From the NCBI GenBank assembly GCA_035084275.1, contig CM068757.1, forward strand, positions 3,906,001-3,970,000: DNA of 64,000 nucleotides, given 5' to 3'. The position numbers and the translations under genes are program-made. Origin of the DNA: Hydrolagus colliei. Lineage: Eukaryota. Under the pieces are notes generated by a model that saw nothing but the letters and a program-made list of their open reading frames with translations, ran no database searches and was not told the origin of the DNA. Shown piece after piece: positions 1-13,870 of the stretch. The number at the start of each line of letters is the position of its first letter. The first letter of the stretch is position 1.

Positions 1-884
1 TCATTGGCCGTTTCTCTGGAACTGTTTATAGCTCTTTAAGATGAAGATGGAATGTGCTGATAAGTTGACTGTCATGTCTATAGCTGTGTATAGTATTATT
101 TTTACGCCACACCCAGGAACTGTCTGTAGCTTCTTGGTTTGAAAGCGACTGCAGAGACTGATGAACTGATTAGAAGCATGTGCGTATCTAAATAGTCATC
201 TAACCACGGTCAGGCAGAAAACCACAGACGCATGCTGGCTACAAACATCCCATTCTTGAAACATGACTTGGTAGATCCATCGCTTAGCTTTTGATCAGTA
301 AACTAGCTTTCCTCTCTCTTTCTCTCTCTCTCTTTCTCTCGTCCCCATCACAAACAGATGTCTGGGGCTTCCCTCTGCCCAAATCATCTTTGCCACTGAT
401 AGACAAGAGCTGAGCTGTGTAGTGTTCTCTCTAATTGTGGTGCAGCCATCGTGGTGTGATCCCTGTGACAAATCGGAGCGGGATCAATAAAGGAACTGGC
501 TGATTTGATGCCTGTTTGTCATGGTGAGCAAACAGGTTTGGGGCGAAGGGGAGGCTGGCCAGGCTTTATAAGGTGGCTTCTGCTTTGAATTCTGGAAGTC
601 CTGGCAGGTGTTGATTCTCAGCTTGAATACACGGTGATGTAGCCAGTGACCAGCCGACTGCCTTTCTTATCTCTTGAGTGTTTTTCAACAGGGCTCGTGC
701 TTTCTTTATCTTGCAGCACTGCCCCGGCAGCTGCTCTGCAGTCAAGCAGAGGCACTCCGAGGGAAATAAAAATGGAGCAGATTACTGCCTTGAAGGGTGG
801 GCTTCTCCATCCTAGTGCATACCATATATGTCACGTAAATCTGGGCTCCCCATCATTTCCTTCCAATTCCACCGGCTGTGTTCC

Positions 885-1115
885 AAGTAGACGTGAAAGA
901 TCCTAAGACGTGCTTCTTCCAGAAGCCAAAGGAGTTTCTCACAATGTCGCGAGCAACAACAATCTTCCGCATAAAATCAGCCATTCACTTTGTGGTGTTT
1001 GTGGGACATTCCTGTTTGTCTACAAATATCACAGACGCTACACTTTGCAGTTAAAACCCCGTGAAGGGCTTTGAGCCATTGCGACATCGCGATAAGGTTC
1101 ATTTATCAAATGCCG
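885..1115 (+). mobile_element. Old DeuSINE-type (AmnSINE1/SacSINE1-like) Deu domain plus tail fragment
   Basis: gacgtgaaagatcc...ggagtttctc...gtttgtggga...gtgaagggctttgag...atcaaatgc resembles the recalled Deu consensus. Confidence 0.55.
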
Positions 1116-1771
1116 GGATTCCTGTTTGTTGTGAGCGACGCGAGTTGCGAATTTGAAGAAGGAAAAACAACAAGAAAGTAGAGTAATGCAGAATGTGTTT
1201 GTGGTCCAGGGACTGACTGCGTTTTGCCAACTGGGAGCTGTGCCCTAAGGTTTCAGATTCCGCCTCCAAAGTAGAGAAAAGAATGTCCCTGAACCCTGTG
1301 CACTGTGCAGCCAGCTTTAGACGTGGGTGGCTCTGACTGTTGTTTATGCACATGGATCATAAGTTTACATTTCACAAACATTTGTGACCTTTGAGCCAGC
1401 CTGTTCCATTTCTCGCTTGTGGTTGCAGCTTTTGATAATCCAGGCCTCGTGGATGTCAGACTATTGCTCTTAATGGACCTGGTGGCGAAACAAACTACCG
1501 TCCCAATTGGCAGAACTACGGATTAGAAAATGGTGCAGAAATGGCCTTTGATTGCTTCTGTGGGTTGCCAATCACCAGTAACCTTTTGAAGATTTACCGC
1601 TAAACTACTCCACATTTTTGACGACCTTTCGTATGCCAGTAGAATTAGATTACCGCCTTGTCAGTCCCAACATTGATTTTATCGTACAGTTGTTCTCTTG
1701 CGATTTAAAAGGAAGCAGACAAACCCAAACTCACTCTGACTTTGTCATGCCCTTTTTTATAGATGTTAATG

Positions 1772-1942
1772 ATTTGGTCACTCAATCCACCACTGTTTGT
1801 GGGACACTGCTGTGCGCAATTGGCTGCCCCATTTCGCCCATAAATATACAGTGAATTCACTTTACAGTGTATTCTGTGAAGCGCTTTGAGACATCTAGCA
1901 AACATGATACGGCGCTATATCAAATGCAAGGATTATTATTAT
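1772..1942 (+). mobile_element. tRNA-SINE 3' half
   Basis: gctgtgcgcaattggctgcc...ctgtgaagcgctttgagac...atcaaatgcaaggattattatt, same as the full copies. Confidence 0.85.
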
Positions 1943-2392
1943 CAGTCGGCTGATTTCTCTCTCCAATTTGGTACAGTGTCTACATAGACTTTGCATTGCC
2001 TGAAGATCTTGGATCGCCTGAAAGCATTCAACAAAGCAGCTATTGGCAAGTTTGGCCACTACTTAGTGACCATTTGCGATACTTTGAAAGGAACCGCAGG
2101 CATAAGGTTTGGCTGAATAACCAGGCCAATTGGATTGTTCTCAAGCAGGAAGTGGCGGCTTTGGACTGATATTCCCATCCTCCTGTCCAAATGTCCAGAC
2201 TTAATTTGGCCCAGCCATTCAGACTAGGTTAGGAGTAGCCTCATAGCCCTAGCTTGATGGAAAATCTGGTGTAGCTTTATCCAAAAGATATAATGGTTTG
2301 GTACATGGGGATTGGCTTTGTAAGATATGGTTAAACCTATTATCTTTGGTCCCAACCTCAATATCGTTCCTATTGCAAAACAAAATGCAGAG

Positions 2393-2680
2393 TAATAATC
2401 TTTGCTATAGCGCTTTTCACATCTTCTAGACGTCTCAAAACACAGAATATACTGTAAAGTGAATTGACTGTATATTTGTGGGTGAAACATGATAGCCAAT
2501 TACGCAAAACAGTGTTCCACAAATAGTCGTGGATTGAGTGACCGGATTATTATTACTGTTTTTTGTCCCTTGAGGGATTATTATCAATCACGTGGAGTAA
2601 GGAAAACTTGCACAAGGTGTCGTCCTGGCTGGGAATCGAACTCGCTAGATGAGTGCTCCAACCACTGAGCTACAGGTCTC
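2393..2680 (-). mobile_element. tRNA-derived SINE, near full length
   Basis: Reverse complement of the 31567 copy, including A-box TAGCTCAGTGG. Confidence 0.85.
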
Positions 2681-3271
2681 TACGGTACCATTGCAGATAA
2701 GGTGTTGTTATTAAACGCTGCATTTATTTGGAGGTTGTCTGAAATTATAGTCGGTACATCAGACGCCACAAATCTGTCACCAAATGCAGCTCTTGGATCA
2801 GTTGGATTGCGTGAATCCCCCAATTAAACCTCCTTTGAAAAGCATCCTTGTAGAAAATCAGTTTGCATTTTTAAAGTTGTGGAAATACTAGTTGCTCCCC
2901 AGGTTGCATGATTTAGTTGTTGCTAGTAATCAATTGTGGGTGTGTGTGTGAACTCCTGATGCTTTAGTGGAGTAGATGCACTGTGCAGTAAGTACCGTAG
3001 TGTGGTGCTGAGCCTTTCACACAGGTACCAGTTTGGTTCTCTAGTTGCTCCTCAGTTCAGCTAAGTTCGGCAGACGACGCAGAGACCGCCCTCACTTTTT
3101 GCCAGACATGTACCGTAGTCGGTGCAGACCAGTTGGCCAAAGAGAGAGAAAAAAATACACAAGGTGATCAAAACTACCACGATCGACACAACACCCCTTC
3201 ACACAGGCTTCATGCAACACGCGAGCTCTGTTCACGATTGGCAGCCCAACATCATCCAAACAGACTGCAGC

Positions 3272-3505
3272 AGCAACAACAACAACAACAACAACAATTT
3301 ACATTTATAGAGCGCCTTTCACGTCGGGAGGACGTCCCAAGGCGCTAAACAAGAGGCGTGTGACCCGAGCTGGGAGGGGAGTGTTTGGGAAGGGGTGAAA
3401 CACGAAGGGGAGGTAAAAGAGTTCGGGGTGGAACAAAAGGCACGATCGAAGAGGAAAGTCCTTCAAATCGGCCTTGAAAGAGGAAAGGGAAGAGGCGAAA
3501 AGCAG
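3272..3505 (-). mobile_element. L2-clade LINE 3' end with (TTG)n tail
   Basis: Minus frame SSLSSFKADLK; 3' UTR ...ttgggacgtcctcccgacgtgaaaggcgctctataaatgtaaattgttgttg, shared with the 49985 copy. Confidence 0.85.
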
Positions 3506-3929
3506 AATCTGACTCGGAAGAATGTTCATGTGGCTTGTGTAGCGTAGAGATGTGTTCAAGAATATTGGCTGCTTGTTTTTTCCTTTACAAGACTGATAGT
3601 TGAATTTGTTTGTTTACAATCTACTGCCAAAACAGTAATATAAACTTAAGTTTTCCCAGCCAAAGTAGATACGATTGTTAGAGGATTACAAATTGTCCAT
3701 TTCTGTTTCAATCTGCTTGTGGTTTTCTTTGTGTCTCGGGATACATACTGTGATGTTTCGCCCACAAATGTACAGTCAATTCACTGCACAGTATATTTTG
3801 TGAAGCGCTTTGAGATGTCCAGAAGTGGTGAAAAGCGCTACATATCAAAATTCAAGGATGATTATTATGTTGGAGCAGGTGACTGATGTGCCCCGTCTTA
3901 AAAACAAACCAGAACTGTTTAATGCGACA

Positions 3930-4145
3930 AAACACAAAATACTACAGATGCTGGGAATCTTGAAACAAAAACAGTAGTTGCTGGGGAAACTCAGCAGGTC
4001 AGGCAGCATCCATGGAGAAAGGAAAAAGAGTCAACGTTTCGGGTCTACAGCCCTTCGTTAGGGTTGTAGACCCGAAACGTTGACTCTTTTTCCTTTCTTC
4101 GTGGATGCTGCCTGACCTGCTAAGTTTCCCCAGCAACTACTGTTT
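3930..4145. mobile_element. Penelope-type palindromic element; 86-bp inverted arms 3969-4054 / 4060-4145
   Basis: Arms are direct reverse complements with 4 differences; second family member at 38495-38740. Confidence 0.8.
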
Positions 4146-4282
4146 AATGCAAGATGACTAGCAAACCGAACCACGCAAACCAGTATGTTTTAAAGGCTTG
4201 CCTGTTAATTTCAGGGTTGGTGGCTGGTTTGCTTGCTGTGCTGTTTTGTTTCTGACTGATGTGCGGCATTTCTGTTTTACAG

Positions 4283-4354
4283 GCGATTGGCTGGTAATGA
4301 TCTGTCTTACATTCATCCCGAGGCTTTCTCTGGGCTCCGCCAACTGAAAGTTTT
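4283..4354 (+). CDS. LGR4: LGR4 exon 3 (72 nt, phase 2-2) [24 protein letters not shown]
   Basis: ttttacAG acceptor, GTAAGT donor, one 24-aa LRR. Confidence 0.95.
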
Positions 4355-5214
4355 GTAAGTATCAGTGCGTTCTCCCAACTGCATATTCAGCAATTCCTTC
4401 TGTGTTTAGGATAGCTCGCCAAGATGGGCAGCAACCCAGAAGCTTGTGAAGGCATCGTCTTGCGCCAAGGATGATAACGTGTCTGCCGTGTGTTTTTCGA
4501 AATGTTGAATCCATCATGATCCTGATGGTCTTTAATAGAGTGGGAGTAGAGACTCGAAAGCACTTTACATAATTTTATCTTGTGCCATCAGCACTATACA
4601 AGTTCAAGTTGCTCTTAAGCCCCCGCCCCATCCCACCTCCAACAAATGCTAATATTTCACATTAATATAAATATCCTTCTTCAACTGAATGCTCGCTGAA
4701 TGTTCCCCCCTGTACATTCTGATCCTGTTTGCTTCTGCTTCTTCGTACTGCACAACTGCACAGTGACGTATGTGGAAAGCTTTGCGTCTTGATTTGGCCA
4801 CTTCGTTTTCCCAGGCGGCCTAGCTGAGATACGAAACTCTGTCATGGAGCTGGGTTCGAATCTTGCTGCTCCATCGCCCAGCATGTTGATGCACAAATAA
4901 TTATTACCAGCCCGCCAGGGAAAGGATTTTTTTTAAAAAAAAACCCACATAAATCTTGAAACATCAGGAAATTTCAAGCAGTGTCTTTGTACACAAATGA
5001 TTAACGATGCTATTTACTATTAACAATCCATTAAGCATGGCTGATTTACTGACCATTTGAAACACATTGCACAGCTTAGTACAAAAAAAATGTCGTGAAC
5101 GAAAGTAATCCCTTTCACTGCGTGTATTTATTCAAAGCACAATGTGTTGGCCACTTGTCAGCAAAAACTGTCACCATTGAGTCAGAAGTCGATAACCATC
5201 ACGAGGAACGTGTA

Positions 5215-5345
5215 GTCTCAGAGGTGCTGTCCTGTAGAAGAAATATTAAAATGAGGTCCTGTCTGCTCTTCAGGTAGATGTTGAAGATTGCATGACACTG
5301 TTCAAAAAAAGAAGGAAGGTTTTCCTGGTATCCTGGTCAACGAAC
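5215..5345 (+). mobile_element. DeuSINE Deu-domain fragment
   Basis: attaaaatgaggtcctgtctgctcttcaggtagatgttgaagattgcatgacactgttc...tcctggtcaac. Confidence 0.65.
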
Positions 5346-7096
5346 CTCCGGATTTTTAAAAAAATCCAAAATGTCTTAATAGCTATGTTCTTCTACAAGT
5401 CCTTTACAAAACTATTTGAACTGCTTAGAGGCATTGTTACTAGAGGAAGAGATCGCAACGAAGTGCTGACTCCTATTTTTCACCCACAAAATATATAGCC
5501 TATTTTCACTTCATAGTATATTCTATGGAGAGCTTCATGACGCCTCAAACATGTGATAAGGCGCTATATCAAATGGGAGAATTATTATTTACTATTATTA
5601 TTATACTTATATCTGCAGTAGATGTAGATGCAACCAAAGATAATACTCTTAAAATGGATTTCTTTCAAATGAAGTTATAATCCTTGTATTTGATATGGTG
5701 GAGGTGGATCCGCTTTGGATGGAGAGACCGAGAACGTAGCAGTGTTGGTGAATTGCCCATCATGGGCGAGTTTCTTCCCCACTGGGAAAGGGACGTTGAG
5801 GATGGCTGTTTCGGAAGAGCCAGCCTTCTGTTTGTGCTTTCCCTTCCTGGGACACATTGAGGAGTACTGTAGCATGAATAAATTTATGTTTGTTTTCTCG
5901 GCTTCACTCCAAGGCAACTGGCTATGTAGGTCAAGGGAAACGGGATATTGTGACTTTTCTTATGCTGAAAGCAAATTTTACGAGCACTCTTAAAACGTGG
6001 CTGTGCTGTGTGCTCTTCCTGTGAATTTTTCTTCCATCTTGTTCTGATTGTACTCCCCCCTAGTTACCAGTCCTAGTTTCAATGCACACTGCACGCACAA
6101 AATGTTCAGACCCCAACATTGTTTAATAGATCACAGGTAGACCAGACCCGACGGTATTTGTGTGTTGCGTTTTGAATTGGAGCCTGGGCCTGGAGCCTAA
6201 GCAAAGATAAAGTAAGCAATATAGAATGGTATACTTTACAGTGAATGGTACAGTAGTCACAATCTGTGTCACTCTTGTGTGCCTTCACACCACAGCTGTT
6301 TTGGGTATCAACTGGAACACATTGATAGAACAGACAGGTAAACTCCAATGTATATGGCAAACACATATACATTGTGTTTGCCATATACACAATGGCAAAC
6401 ACATTGTCATGTGTTGCAGTTACAAGTTGAACCATTTTGGTAATTCACAAAGTTTGATGAACCAAAGGTCTTGCAGATTGTAATGTGACCAGAATCTTGT
6501 TCTTTTGTTCCCCAAAAATACACATTTCAACACTGAATCAAGCAAACATTTCAACGTCTTTATTTCGTTGTGGCTTTTGTCCCAAGATTTTAAGCTCTAG
6601 TGTTTGAACCCTGATGTTTGTTGCAATTTTGCATTGTTCCAACAGTGAATATACTCCTCTGTAATTTTTTTTGTAAAGTTCAGATACTGAACTGGAAAAA
6701 CACTGCTAATTCCTAGGAATTCATTCATTGCTGTCATGTAATTTTATTTTTGAGTCTTGGATATCCTTCCTCAGTACTCAAAAGGATTAGTGGTTAGGCT
6801 ATCCTGCAGCCAACTCTGTGAGCCAGATTAAGCTTTCCAAGTGAAGGGGATAAAGTCGCCAACACACTACACATTGAGGGTTTACATTGGTCCAATGTTT
6901 TTTCCTCTTGTAATTTTTATAACTAGGCAATGTTTTGAGCTTAACAATATGGTGCAGTATTGAAAAGGAGAGTTTACTGTGTAATGGCAGCAGTGCTATG
7001 TATGGTGTGCTGAGACAGGCCATTTTGTATAGTTGTGTGGGAACCTTGAAATCCACGTGAGAAGATTCTGAACTCTTTGCCTTTGACCATTTTCAG

Positions 7097-7168
7097 AATG
7101 CTTCAGAACAACCAATTAAAAACTGTCCCAAGTGAAGCGCTGAAGGGACTCTCTGCCCTACAGTCACT
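7097..7168 (+). CDS. LGR4: LGR4 exon 4 (72 nt) MLQNNQLKTVPSEALKGLSALQSL
   Basis: ttttcAG / GTAAGT; near-identical to recalled LGR4 LRR. Confidence 0.96.
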
Positions 7169-10100
7169 GTAAGTACCATTTTACAATTCCATTAAACTTG
7201 TGTCCTTCTCTGAACTCGGCAGTTGTAGCAAAGTCAATTGATGGGTTACTGTGGCAATTGTCCTCCAGATGCAGCCTGGCTCCATTTTTAAAAAAAAAGA
7301 ACTTGGTGTTTTGGTCAATCAAGCTAGATCCCTACATTTTAATGGATCTATTGAAATAAAACTAAGCTGTCAAACCTGATTTTGTGTCTCTGTTGCTATC
7401 ACTTCCGACTTCCATCCCTGAGTAACCAGCTGCTTGTGATGCAAGCTTTGCTGATCAGCACCAGAGGTGATGTCAGTGGTGACCCTGAAGCAGGAATGGC
7501 AGCCATTTTATTTCACGTACTCAACAACAACAACAACAAAATTACATTTGTAGAGCACCCTTCACGTCGGGAGGACGTCCCGAGGTGCTGAAAAGTTCCG
7601 AGATACAATCCTATATAAAGAGACCTCTATAAACGCAAATTATTATTATTGAAAGGGCAGCACTTTAGGTAATTCCAGTCTACTTTGGATCCGCATTCTA
7701 CCTGCATAACACCTGGTTGGGCTGTACCTCCTAACCTGATCAAATATTCCTCAACAACAAGGTAGACTACACTACTTCAATATCCTGCAAACTCATTTAC
7801 CTCTTTCAATTCGGGAGGGAATGGTCCAATATGCTTTGGTTACCTTGTTTAAATATCCAAGATTTGAAAGGTGTTTAATTACTGATAAAATCTGGCTCTT
7901 TGCTTTGGATACAAGGAACTGAATTTATTTGCTTCCCCCCACCCACCCCCGCACCCCCGTGTTGGAGGTTGATGAATGGGTTCCACATTCAGCACACAGT
8001 GTACTATTCAAAGAAATGAATGTTGCTAGTCAAGGAAGTTATCTTGAACTGCAGTGCTGATAACCCAGTACATTGGTTCCACTGAGTCATCCACATAACT
8101 TGTGGTTGTATGTAAATATGCCGGTTGACGTAAATAGCATTGTGCATAAAGTGTGTTTGCTGTTTGGACCGTACGTCGATGGCCAGCAACGTAAATGCAG
8201 CATCTCCAGCCTGTCTGACCACAATGGTTTGACTGTTGAGTTTCGATTCTGGCAGCAAATTGTGCGATTAATTTACCAGTAGAATGTGCTGATCTTCAAG
8301 GCGTTTGGATTATTACAACGCCTTTTCATGAATTAACCAGTTTACACTCATCTTCCATCTTCCACTCTACCGTTGACAAATGTAATAAGGGAGGGGCGAC
8401 AACTGTGTTTAAATGCGTTTATTTTTCTGCAAGTCTGAGCCCGTCCAAAATCTTTTCCCTTCCCCTTCTAAAGAGTGGTTTGTACCAGATGAGAGTTTTG
8501 TGGGTGCTGTCAGTCATTTAGGAACTTATTCATTTGTCTTCAAGTTTGATTACGGGCCGTGAGTATTGGCTAACTATTCACTATTTTAGTGTCGATGGGT
8601 TCAGGGCAACTCCTCCATTCTTACCTACAATCCAATTGCACTTTTCGAAAGGACCAGGGTTGCTGGATAGTGATCAGGAACAAGCTCAGCCTGCCACCCA
8701 CGTCTCCCCAAAGCTCAGGCCAGACAGAGTAACTATACACAGAGCAAACATCAAGCCCGTGGAACTTTCCTGGTCTCTCGGTTTCATTACAGCTCCACAT
8801 TTCTCCATTTAGCCACAATTATTACTTCTTTGTGCTTTTAACAGACATTATGCATTGTCCAATGATAAACAGTGAGGGTAAAAATGGAAGAGGGTGGGGG
8901 AACGAAGTGCGTGTAGGAAGGTGTTTCATTGGGATCTGTAAAATGTTTCCAATTTCATCATCCAACGCACAGCCTAATTTGGCTGTAATATCTCTACAGG
9001 AATTTGTTGATTAACCGGCCAGTGACATTCTGTTCTAGAACAATAATCTTTCAATGAATGCACTGTACGTAACTACTTAGTGGCTGAGTACCAAGAGACA
9101 TGAGCTTGAAATTTCATTCATTAGGGAAAAGTGAGCCGCCCAATACAATATTTGGTCAATTTGCAGCACTCCCTCTCCCCCTCCCTCCCACTCCATATTG
9201 TCTATATTTCTGACCTACAACCTGGCTTAAAGTACGTTTAAGTATTCTTTACCTTCCTCTGCACAATTGGGATCTGCTATTCTGTGCTACACTTGAACTT
9301 GTAATGAGATTGGAGAATGTTGCTGAAACGTTGAGCTCTCCAAAGCTCTCCTACGCTTTGAAGCAAGCATGTCTCCCTATAGAAGATGGATCAGTTTCAG
9401 GGAGGCAGAGTAGAGTATGGCTCAGAAGCAGAATGGAAGAGTGGTTGGAGCAAATGGAGGGTGGAATTTGGATTCCTGCTCAATGCAAAGGGCTACTTTG
9501 ATGACCACTTCAAACAGCCCGTCCATTGCCCAAGTGCTTAGAGTGCTCCAGATGTCTGAATGTCAGGTATTCAGGCATTCAGCCACCCATTAATATGGAG
9601 CCCAGAGTTGAAAAGTTGCTGGTGCCAGAAGTGCATTATGAACCAGTGCGTTCTGCTCACTGCTGGCGCTCATGAAGTCAGGCACTCTCTTCATTCCAAG
9701 GTACTATTTGCGGACTGCAAATCATTCAGCAAGGCAGTGCCAGCCAAGTTACTTTACATTATTCAAACTGAGTCACCATGCAAACAGTATTGATTTGCAA
9801 AGTGAATTGTGACTTCCAAATGGCACGCACAAATGTTAAGTGTGCCCAGCTCCATTTTTCCCAGTAGTCAGGTCGGTTGGTTAGTTTGAGTTTTGATTTT
9901 CAAATAGTTTGGATTTTCTTCAGATCTTACGGTTTAGTTGCCATTTGTCCATTTCTTCTCCCGGCTTTTTTGCTCAATGTTCCTTTGGTTTTTGAGACAA
10001 CTCCCTTGTTTGCTTGTCTACAATTTAATTATTCTCCCTACCCTTTTCCTTTAGCTGCTTAGATTCGCGTCTGCTGCTCTCCTTTCAATGTGTCTTGCTG

Positions 10101-13100
10101 TGTATGATTTGTGTAAGTGTGGAAGCGACCTCTGTACTGCATCCCATGCTGGCAGACTCGCTCTAGAGTGTGTGTGTGTGTATTTCAATCCCTGAAGCTA
10201 TATATAGTTTTGTACCCAAATTCACACTTGTGACATTTTCCTGTGAATCAGGTGCAAGGGAGAGGACGGAGAAAGGGAGTGAGCAACCCGCAGTCCAGTC
10301 TTGTCTGCTGCTAGCACTGCCAGCTGCTTGCTCTGTTATCAAATCTTATCACAATTTGCAAAGCAAGGCACGTTTCTTCGAATGCGAACCCTGGTTGGTC
10401 TTGATGGCTTGTTGTCTAAGTTGTAACAGGCTTGCTGCAGCAATGCCACGTAACATCTGTGTTTTGCCAAACATTCTAATGCTTACACAAAATGTTGATG
10501 AAAATTGGAACAGTCAAGAGCTTGTGGAACAGATCAGTCATTTTCTGATCGTACATGTTGCGCACGATCCCCAAGAGGGTATCAGGCAATTGCTTTCAAC
10601 TGTGCCTGACTTCACGAGAGGCTGATTTGCTTTGGGTGTGTTTGGAAATGTGGTCGCCCTGGCATGTCTGGCCTTAACTGGCGGGGAGGATGGTTGTGGT
10701 AGATGTACGTCGTGTGGCTTTTGCTGGAAGCCGGCGAGCTCTGTGCCAAACTACTGCCATCTCCGCGCTCGCGGAGGTTTGGAACGAGGATAGTTGTGTC
10801 TTCGCGCACAGTCGTGGGTTACGTGAGAAGTTTCGAGAGTCCTGTGGCAGCTGAGATCCTGTGATTTCGGTCACATTTCCATCTGGGTCATATCATCACC
10901 ACAAGACTTGAAAAGAGCTTGGATAATAAAAAGTAATGCCCTTCATGATGCTCCTTATCCTGTCCACCCCCAAGCACATGGAACTGTCTCAGAACTGTAA
11001 ATTAAACCTCGTCGCAGTAAGGGGATCGTGTTGCAGACTCATTATTATTTTTGTTAAGTACAGTATAGAATTTGGACGATTCCTTTTTGAACTATCTCGG
11101 GGGAGAGTTCAACTTTCGATCCCTGAATAGCACGTACTGTAATTACATTATCTGCAACATCCGTTTCTTCTTGCAGAAGGAGCCCTTTCCCTTCAAAAGT
11201 TCTGACTTATACTGTAACTTCGAGCAGGTAACAAGTTGAGAAGTCTTCTCTTTTCTTTTAAACCGGAGTCCTTAGCCAAAAGTATTAACAAAAAAGAGAC
11301 AGCTGCATCCTGAGAGGAGACGTACGATCGTTATTGAACTGAGTCCTCTGTGTCATTTAAATGGACAAACCCATAGAGTATGTGTCTACAACAGGCAACG
11401 GGATGCACCCGGTAGAACTGATTGCCACGGTTTGAGGCAAAATTCTGTGGATAGCAAATTAATCAAATCGCTAAAGTTGTCACATCGCAAATGATAATAG
11501 GACAAAACTGCGGACTAATAAGCTCTCCACTCTTAAATCTTGCACTAGCAAACAGCTGTATGTTTTACAGGAAATTGTCAATAGCAGGGCTTTTAATTGA
11601 TCCCATCTGTACAGTTTTTGCTTCAGGCAAGGGGGTGAAGGAACTTAAGCAACCTATTCCGTTTTTAGAAAAGATTAGTGGTAAGTTTGATCTGCTTGAT
11701 TGGCATCGGTCTGGAAGGCAGCAGAATGGCTTGTGTGTCCTGTTCATGTTGCTTTGATATTATTGCTGGCTTTTGAGGAAAGGAGAAATGTGTGTCAGTG
11801 CAGATGATCCAGAACAAGAAGTGTCTTATTTGTTTATAGTATTGATAATAAGTCATCCATTTTAACTGAAATGTTACTTGCAGAAGATCAGTTCAGTTCA
11901 AAGTTGCATTCAACATCAGTTTTGCTTTATAGCAAAACTATTATTGCTTTTTAGGCCTTTGTGGATTCTGCACGTTGCTTTTTTTTTAATGGTGATGTGT
12001 TTCTATTCAATCTTAAAAGAATCTAATTCGTGTGAAACAATTTTCCACTTAATATCAAAGTAACACACACTCAGGATCCACTAAGCCCATACAAAACCCA
12101 ACCTTAGAAGGGTAACTGTCGTAATATGGCACATTGGGACCCATTTAGAATTCTACCCTGCGTGATGGGCGCTATGTAAATGCAAATTATTGTTGTAATA
12201 TTAAATGCACATTGTCCTTGGCCTCCTAACATTTCTAACTTGGTGCCAACATGTACCAAAATTACACCTACTTTTACTGTGAAACTTCACACCCAAGTTG
12301 ACTTGAAGCAGAATTCTAGCATTGATTTAATGGTCCTAATATAGTTACCAACAGATGAGTTTTCAGTTTGGCAATGTTGCGTGCGTGTGTGGCTGTACAG
12401 AATCGAGTGCAAAGGCAAGGGATGAGTATTTTGTTAGGATGTCACTGCCAGCTTCATTCCAGGCAATGGAAACAATGCCTTTGATGTTCAGGGAGGGGGG
12501 GGAAGGAATTCAGTCAACAAGCTAAACAGGTAACTTCTAGCCAACGCTCAGTAGAGCTGCAGGGTCCTATTATCAATTAGTTCCTTTGATTTCTGTTGTA
12601 TATATTGTTCAGACTTGATGTATGTGGCGTGCGCGACAATGAGGGTTCAGGTAAACCTACTGATCTTGCCAAGGTATAGCAGTGTAAAAATGTTTGCACT
12701 GTGGATTTGTAAAACATTAAGATTATTAAACAGCATTTTTCATAAAGTTACAGCTATACAGCTGGTTTGTTGTTCCAAGGTGTCTTTTTTTACTAAAATG
12801 CACCAATTTTTTCTGTTATTTGTGTAGCTTGATTCATTTGGTAGCCTTTTGAGGCTTGGGCTTCTAATTCTTAGCCTTTTTAGGGTTTTGTAGTTATTTC
12901 ATACGTAGTATCCCTGTGCAGTATGTGATCAAGCGAATGTATACTGTGCTCTGGCAGAATACATCATCGTAGGCTTTTAAAGTTTGCTAAACTTAAAGAA
13001 TGTTTAGCAAAAGTAACCACAAGAACAGTACATTTGCGTGAATGCCAAATGTGAATGCTACTGAGATAATTGAAGCAAAGTTTAATAACACTACTGCTGT

Positions 13101-13870
13101 TTATGTTGATGGTAATTGTTGTTCTTGCTGTTTTGTATCTAATTCCATAGAACTATTTTGTGAGTTACAACAAACATTACAGAATTTGGCCAATTTCAAC
13201 AACTGGTTCATGAATGGGACTCAAAACTCTCTCCTTTAAACTAATGTCGGTTGGGGTTCAGCTATATAGCTGGATTTCCCTGTTTGGAAGTTTTTGCCAC
13301 TGAATTAATCACAGCACCAATTTTAAGGCCAGCCAAGTCCGATGAGGTTGAGGAAAAAGCACCTGTACAATGGTATCTGAATAACGACAACAAATGTAAG
13401 ACACGCTTCATTAATTCAAGTGCTCAGGTTCCAATTTGGGCTGAAATTCACAATTTCAGGTTGGTTTATCAGTCCCACGCAGCTGAGCTTCTGCAATGTT
13501 ACAAAGGCAATTACCTTCTACTGCAGGTACAAAGTCTTGCAAAGGACGCTCAAGTAATTATGTAGCATCTTGTGGAACAACAACAGTGTATACTTCACCA
13601 TTTTCATTCCTGAATTACAATATTGTGCACCAGGCTTTTCACGCCCTTAACTGTCCTCCCCTGCCCTCCACAAAGATTTGCCAATCTCTTTGGAAGACGC
13701 TGCCTCTTTAAGATCGCTCCAGTTTTGCAACTATTTCACAACCAACCATAATTACTACTCTTTGTGTTTTTTCCAAAGCTGGGTGATGAACGTTATACGC
13801 AGTCTGCTAAAACAAGGCTTGACACGTTTGTTATGATAATGCTAATAATTTTTGTGTTTTTAATCCATAG

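Noticed and set aside
3133-3348. Poly-Q / poly-N ORFs
   Set aside because: Translation of the antisense (TTG)n tail of an L2 element
1-4282. LGR4 exons 1-2
   Set aside because: No signal peptide/LRRNT exon or LDxSMNNI-type 72-nt exon found; presumably upstream of the window
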